Source: a virus
Direction: 5' to 3' (one strand)
UHGV virus genome: UHGV-0119412
Length of the DNA: 30,381 bases
The first letter of the stretch is position 1; the number at the start of each line of letters is the position of its first letter. Below are positions 25,991 through 30,381 of this stretch, in pieces. The position numbers and the translations under genes are program-made. Below the pieces are notes generated by a model that saw only the letters and a list, made by a program, of their open reading frames with translations, was not told the DNA's origin and made no database searches.

Positions 25991-26212
25991 TTATACCCCC
26001 CGATAGTGTTTGTTTTTTAGCTCTGCGATTTGCTGGCAGGTTACGCAAAAAGCCACGCCCGGAATCGCAATGCGGCGAGCTTCCGGGATTGGTGCGTCAC
26101 ATTCCTCGCAAAGAAAACGGGAAGGTGCAGCGATACGGGTGCGTGCGTTGCTGATGTGGCGTTCGCGGTCTTCCTGCTCGCGCAGTTGTGCTAAATCCAT
26201 TGCGTCGGCCAT
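25991..26212 (-). CDS. TraR/DksA-family C4 zinc-finger protein
   Basis: 73-aa ORF with CEEC...x17...CVTC; matches the small zinc-finger ORF found upstream of A in P2-like phages. Confidence 0.7.
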   Translation of the reverse strand: MADAMDLAQLREQEDRERHISNARTRIAAPSRFLCEECDAPIPEARRIAIPGVAFCVTCQQIAELKNKHYRGV

Positions 26213-26439
26213 TAGTGCAGCTCCTGTGATTCATTCTCAAAGCGGGTTGCTTCACGGCGCAGCAGTTCGGCAGCTTCGGTGCCGCTCATTCCCTCTCTGG
26301 TAATATGGATAGCCAGCGCCTCAAGGCGGATGGAAACAGCGAGCGCGCGGTCTTTACGCTCTTCTTTTTTTGCATCGGTCAGCAATACGGCCAGCGCATC
26401 GCTATCAGTGTTAAAACTATGGATTTCGGTATTACGCAT
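26212..26439 (-). CDS. Small hypothetical early protein
   Basis: 75-aa ORF in the early operon, abutting the zinc-finger gene. Confidence 0.45.
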   Translation of the reverse strand: MRNTEIHSFNTDSDALAVLLTDAKKEERKDRALAVSIRLEALAIHITREGMSGTEAAELLRREATRFENESQELH

Positions 26440-26506
26440 AATTAACTCTCCTGATTTCGGGCAATAAGATGCCCGGCGGGTTTACGCCATTAAATTTCTG
26501 TTTGGA

Positions 26507-26845
26507 TTAATTCGGCATGGTTAGCCGTTTGGGAAATAAGCTCACTACTGCACGAAAATGATTCATCGCTGTAATAAGCGCCTTTTTCTCGTCAGTAGTC
26601 AGCTCACTTAATTCGAGTTCATGACGAGCCGCCGGTATTTTTGCCAGAAAGAAAATAGCGGCCAGCGCCCGATTATTTTCTTCAAATTGTGGGTCACGTT
26701 TATCGCGCATATCATCGACAAAACGTTCAACCTCTTTCCAGCTATCGCCCCAATATCTCGCGCGCAATTCGGCAACATGATTGAGACCGGCCAGACGTTC
26801 ACCCGCTTTTAGCGGAACAGTCGCGGAAACAGCTTCGATAGCCAT
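26507..26845 (-). CDS. Hypothetical early protein
   Basis: 112-aa ORF with a G-rich Shine-Dalgarno-like sequence upstream; in the early operon between the CII-like gene and A. Confidence 0.5.
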   Translation of the reverse strand: MAIEAVSATVPLKAGERLAGLNHVAELRARYWGDSWKEVERFVDDMRDKRDPQFEENNRALAAIFFLAKIPAARHELELSELTTDEKKALITAMNHFRAVVSLFPKRLTMPN

Positions 26846-27015
26846 GATCCCCCCCGCTTTTGAGTAGAGAGGCCAGCCAGTAAATCAGCCTGCGAGTGGC
26901 TCGGGTGCCAGCGCTTGCCGTCCTTACCTGCGATCCAGCCGTGGCCGTAGTGCATGCCGGGGCTTTGCTTAACGAGCAGAGATGCGAATGACGGTTCACT
27001 TTTCAGCATACGCAC
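26809..27015 (-). CDS. Possible small basic early protein (uncertain)
   Basis: 68-aa ORF starting GTG/ATG 2-8 nt after the CII-like stop; overlaps the next ORF by 37 nt in another frame. Confidence 0.25.
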   Translation of the reverse strand: MRMLKSEPSFASLLVKQSPGMHYGHGWIAGKDGKRWHPSHSQADLLAGLSTQKRGGSWLSKLFPRLFR

Positions 27016-27016
27016 C

Positions 27017-27526
27017 TCAAATCAGACCAAACGATGCGCCAATACCGCTCATGGTATCGACCACGCTCGACATAGCTGGATTAGTCTGCAGACGTGCATG
27101 CAGCGCCAGAGCCGACAATGACAACATGCGAATGCCGGAGTTAACGCTTTCAATCATGTTGTGCTTACGGGCAATGGTCAGACGTTCATCAGATACCGCG
27201 CCGCTCGCCAGTTCGCCGAGTTCACGCATTGCGCGCATGACATAAGACTGCAATTTGTCTTTAGCCAACTCATTAACCGGCACGCATGGTAGGCAGTGAA
27301 TCTGCGCTAAAAAACCATCAATGAGGGTTGAATCTTCGGTCAGGTCAGTCAGCAGCCACAATTCAGGTGGCGTGAACTGGTGAGGCTGTTCCGGGTTGAG
27401 CTTGTTACGTAACGTTTGAACGTTCATACCTGCACGCTCGGCCAGCTTCGCCATGTTGTGACGCTGTGCGAAAATGCGGCATGCTTCGTCATAGTGGGGA
27501 TGTTTGGAAACCTGAAAATCAAACAT
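27017..27526 (-). CDS. cII: CII-type regulatory protein (186 CII-like)
   Basis: Start at the internal Met MFDFQ... (GAGGG Shine-Dalgarno) gives 169 aa, the size of 186 CII; HTH-like segment MNVQTLRNKLNPEQ; second gene of the early lytic operon. Confidence 0.65.
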   Translation of the reverse strand: MFDFQVSKHPHYDEACRIFAQRHNMAKLAERAGMNVQTLRNKLNPEQPHQFTPPELWLLTDLTEDSTLIDGFLAQIHCLPCVPVNELAKDKLQSYVMRAMRELGELASGAVSDERLTIARKHNMIESVNSGIRMLSLSALALHARLQTNPAMSSVVDTMSGIGASFGLI

Positions 27527-27558
27527 GGTTAAATTCCCTCTAACTTGCATAATCAAAT

Positions 27559-27930
27559 TCAGTTAAGAGCGGTGCGCTGGTCGATGTAGCGACAATCAAT
27601 CGCTTGTTGAGTCAGCTTATCGCGCCATGCTTTTACGTTTACGAGGGTTCGGCTTCGTTTAGCAGCTTCCTCTTTGTTGGAAAAGTCTTTGGTCGGAGCT
27701 TTGAGAAGGACTCCCTCATCGAGCCATTGCCAGACCAGACGCTCGCTAACACCGCGAGTAGCGGCGAAGTCTTTCACAGTCATCGTGTCTGACATAGCGG
27801 AGCGAATCATTGTCTGTAGAGCTGGCAGCATGGCGGTAACGATGGCATCAAACTGTGTTGGATCTAGCAGCACAGTTTGATTTTGTGAGTTTTGCGAGTC
27901 GTGCGTCGAGATTGATTTTGCATCTGACAT
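27559..27930 (-). CDS. Apl/Cox-like HTH protein, first gene of the early lytic operon
   Basis: 123-aa ORF with an AGGAGA Shine-Dalgarno; HTH-like MTVKDFAATRGVSERLVWQWLDEG; divergent from the repressor gene. Longer than 186 Apl (87 aa) or P2 Cox (91 aa). Confidence 0.55.
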   Translation of the reverse strand: MSDAKSISTHDSQNSQNQTVLLDPTQFDAIVTAMLPALQTMIRSAMSDTMTVKDFAATRGVSERLVWQWLDEGVLLKAPTKDFSNKEEAAKRSRTLVNVKAWRDKLTQQAIDCRYIDQRTALN

Positions 27931-28051
27931 ATCGCATTATCTCCTGTTGTTTGAAATGTAGTGCAGTGGTGTGCATCTTGGTCGATGAATGCCACTATAG
28001 ATCGTAAAAAGTTTTCTGTAAACACCCATAAAATTATCTGTAGGGGTTTTT
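27931..28051. promoter_or_regulatory. Immunity switch region (lytic and lysogenic promoters and operators, not resolved)
   Basis: 121-nt gap between the divergent repressor and Apl-like genes; AT-rich, with TTGAAA and repeated TCTGTA elements; individual promoters could not be assigned by hand. Confidence 0.45.
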
Positions 28052-28912
28052 ATGAGTTCTGAGCTTGATGTTCAGTGGCGTGTTAGTGCAACGAACGGCG
28101 TATTGGAACGCTTAATGTCAGCCTATGGGGTCAAGATGCAAAAGGATTTGGCTGACCTGCTAGGTATCGCTAAACACAGCGTTAGCGGCTGGGTTCAGCG
28201 TGATGCAATACCTGGCAATGTCATAGTTAGGTGTTGTCTTGACACGGGAGCTGATATCAATTGGCTTGTAAATGGAGAGCTTGCAAATGCAAATCACGAG
28301 CGAGCCAGTTGCAAGTTAAAAGGCAAAGAGCTTTATGACGAGATTATGACGAATGGTGGTAAAACCGTTTTGCGTAGGATTCTTGATGCGTATGGCTTTA
28401 CCATGCAAAAGGAGCTCGGTGATTTGCTCGGCATTTCCTCTGGCACAATTAGCACATGGGTAAGGCGAGATTTTTTCCCTGGTGATGTTGTTGTTACATG
28501 CGCTCTTGATACCGATACGTCACTGGAATGGTTAGCAACAGGCAAGGGGCAAATGCGAGCTAACAGGGAAGATGTCACATCTGGTTTTTCAATTAAAAAA
28601 TCTCGTCTTGAATCTGGTGAGCTTAAGGATGCAGGAACGTGGCATCCTGACCCCTCAATGATTCCTTCTAACTCAGGGGAATTGATTTTTGTTGACGGTG
28701 TAGCTGCCTCTTGGCTTGTCGACTGTTCTGCTTCGAATATAAGTAATGGTCGCTGGTTAATTGATATCGACGGCGCTCTTGATGTTTTTGATGTAATTCG
28801 TTTACCTGGTGGAAAAGTCAGGTTGTCAAATAAGTCTGCTGAGTTTGAATGCAACATTACCGACATTACGCCTGCCGGGGTTGTAGTTTTCACATTGGAA
28901 AAACACGTATAA
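28052..28912 (+). CDS. cI: CI-type immunity repressor with a tandemly duplicated N-terminal HTH domain
   Basis: 286-aa ORF. Two homologous segments (...LERLMSAYGVKMQKDLADLLGIAKHSVSGWVQRDAIPGNVIVRCCLDTGADINWLVNGE and ...LRRILDAYGFTMQKELGDLLGISSGTISTWVRRDFFPGDVVVTCALDTDTSLEWLATGK) are followed by a C-terminal domain; upstream of int and divergent from the lytic operon. Confidence 0.75.
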   Translation: MSSELDVQWRVSATNGVLERLMSAYGVKMQKDLADLLGIAKHSVSGWVQRDAIPGNVIVRCCLDTGADINWLVNGELANANHERASCKLKGKELYDEIMTNGGKTVLRRILDAYGFTMQKELGDLLGISSGTISTWVRRDFFPGDVVVTCALDTDTSLEWLATGKGQMRANREDVTSGFSIKKSRLESGELKDAGTWHPDPSMIPSNSGELIFVDGVAASWLVDCSASNISNGRWLIDIDGALDVFDVIRLPGGKVRLSNKSAEFECNITDITPAGVVVFTLEKHV

Positions 28913-28920
28913 GGGAAATT

Positions 28921-29259
28921 ATGAAACGTAAACTCTTTTTAGCTATGCTTCTTACCTTTTCTTTTGGCTCCTTAGCCGCTGAAAAAACACAGGATTTAGA
29001 TGGCGCTAAGTTTGGTGAGGATTGGCCGTTAACTTTTGAAAAAGCTACGGTGTCTTGCGTTAACGGTAAGTATGCCTTTGTATACGACAAAGCAACTGAT
29101 GACCGATACCCATTAAATGGTTTTGCTATTGATGGAGTAAAGTCTGGAAAGCTTGAGGGGAGCAATATTGATGCTGTTTGGAAAGACAGTCCAGAGTATG
29201 CAGGTGTAAAAATTCCTTTGGATCCTGTAATGGATGCCGCAACAGCACTTTGCGAATAA
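28921..29259 (+). CDS. Secreted small protein, YebY/DUF2511-like (moron between cI and int)
   Basis: Start at the internal Met gives 112 aa with a signal peptide (MKRKLFLAMLLTFSFGSLAA), a YPLNG motif and a C-terminal Cys, resembling E. coli YebY as recalled. Confidence 0.5.
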   Translation: MKRKLFLAMLLTFSFGSLAAEKTQDLDGAKFGEDWPLTFEKATVSCVNGKYAFVYDKATDDRYPLNGFAIDGVKSGKLEGSNIDAVWKDSPEYAGVKIPLDPVMDAATALCE

Positions 29260-29281
29260 TTAGAGTTGCCTCGGTGACATT

Positions 29282-30331
29282 ATGACTGTAAGTAAGCAAA
29301 AAAATGGCAAATGGTTATGCGAGCTCTATCCAAATGGTCGAGAAGGGCGGCGTATACGTCGGCAATTCAATACCAAAGGTGAGGCCGAGGCATTCGAAGC
29401 ATTTACCAAAAGCGAGAGTGAAGATAAGCCGTGGCTTGGCAAGAAAGAAGACCGCCGACGCTTAAGCGAGATTATTCAGCTTTGGCACAATTTGCACGGT
29501 CAAGCGTTAGTCGCCAGTAAGTCGAGGTTAGCAAAGCTTCAAATCGTATGTAATGGGCTTGGTGACCCGATTGCATCTCGCCTTACCGCGAAAGACTGGG
29601 CTCATTATCGTGACCGTCGATTACGTGGTGAAATAGACAACGGTTATCATAAAGACCCCTCGAAATGGATCGCCAAACCTATAACCGTCAATCGCGAACA
29701 ACAATACCTAGAAGCAGTGTTTAATGAGCTCCGCCGGTTAGGGGAGTGGAGCTTACCCAATCCACTTGATGGGATCCGAGTATTCAAAGAGGCTGAGAAA
29801 GAAATGTCCTGGCTAACTTTGTCTCAGCTCCCGGAGCTGTTTCGAGCCTGCGAGCAATACGGCAAAGAAGACCTCACCATGATTGTTAAGGTGTGCCTTG
29901 CAACCGGCGCTCGATGGGGGGAAGCGGAGAGATTGACCCGCCCTCAACTTTCTCCATATAAACTGACGTTCACCAAAACCAAAGGTAAGAAGAATCGCAC
30001 AGTTCCTATTCCTAAATGGCTGTACGACGAGTTGTCCGTACGTCAAGGCAGAATGTTTAAACCCTGCTATCAGGAGTTTAAGAAGATGCTCAAACTAACG
30101 AATATTGAATTGACGGAAGGGCAGAAGACGCACGTTTTGCGTCATACTTTTGGTGCGCATTTTATGATGAACGGCGGGAATATACTGGTACTGCAGAAAA
30201 TTCTCGGGCATGCCAATATTCGAGAAACAATGAAGTATGCACACTTTGCTCCTGACCACCTTGAACAAGCTGTAACCCTTAATCCGTTATCGCTGTATGT
30301 TGGCGACAATATGGCGGCAGAGGTTGCATAA
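29282..30331 (+). CDS. int: Tyrosine integrase
   Basis: 349-aa ORF with catalytic-domain motifs (HVLRHTFG, HANIRETMKYAHF with the Tyr nucleophile); at the prophage edge downstream of cI. Confidence 0.9.
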   Translation: MTVSKQKNGKWLCELYPNGREGRRIRRQFNTKGEAEAFEAFTKSESEDKPWLGKKEDRRRLSEIIQLWHNLHGQALVASKSRLAKLQIVCNGLGDPIASRLTAKDWAHYRDRRLRGEIDNGYHKDPSKWIAKPITVNREQQYLEAVFNELRRLGEWSLPNPLDGIRVFKEAEKEMSWLTLSQLPELFRACEQYGKEDLTMIVKVCLATGARWGEAERLTRPQLSPYKLTFTKTKGKKNRTVPIPKWLYDELSVRQGRMFKPCYQEFKKMLKLTNIELTEGQKTHVLRHTFGAHFMMNGGNILVLQKILGHANIRETMKYAHFAPDHLEQAVTLNPLSLYVGDNMAAEVA

Positions 30332-30381
30332 TACTGCAATTCACTGCATTAAAAATTACTTTAACTAGTTGTTTTTTATGG

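Noticed and set aside
1-30381. CRISPR arrays, rRNA genes, IS elements or transposases
   Set aside because: No regularly spaced short repeats, no rRNA-like sequence, and no transposase-like ORF or terminal inverted repeats were seen; the only recombinase is the prophage integrase.

Overview
The window is almost entirely one P2/186-family (Peduovirus-like) temperate prophage, read here in reverse orientation. All calls are from reading the six-frame translations and the sequence by eye; no database search was run. Left to right: tail genes D, U, T, E/E', FII, FI (minus strand); tail fibre and chaperone; baseplate genes I, J, W, V; an AT-rich cargo gene on the plus strand; tail completion genes S and R; the lysis cassette (spanins, endolysin, holin); X and L; capsid genes M, N, O; terminase P and portal Q (plus strand); a cargo gene; a cos site identical to the 186-type cohesive end as I recall it; a second cargo gene; an SOS-regulated DinI/Tum-like module; replication gene A and small early genes; CII-like and Apl-like genes; a CI-type repressor; a secreted-protein moron; and a tyrosine integrase at the right edge. 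The late activator (ogr/B) and the att sites lie outside the window. The phage core looks GC-rich by eye, while four islands are clearly AT-rich and look horizontally acquired: the pentapeptide-repeat gene between V and S, the two genes flanking cos between Q and A, and the distal tail fibre with its chaperone. The best candidates for an undescribed system are the two cos-flanking cargo genes, which sit where P2 carries old and tin: a 313-aa protein with an RNxxxH (HEPN-like) motif and a palindromic operator, and a 334-aa protein with an HExxH...NE motif. The membrane-anchored pentapeptide-repeat moron is a third candidate. No rRNA, intact tRNA, CRISPR array or IS element was seen. Hand-derived coordinates of short motifs may be off by 1-2 nt.
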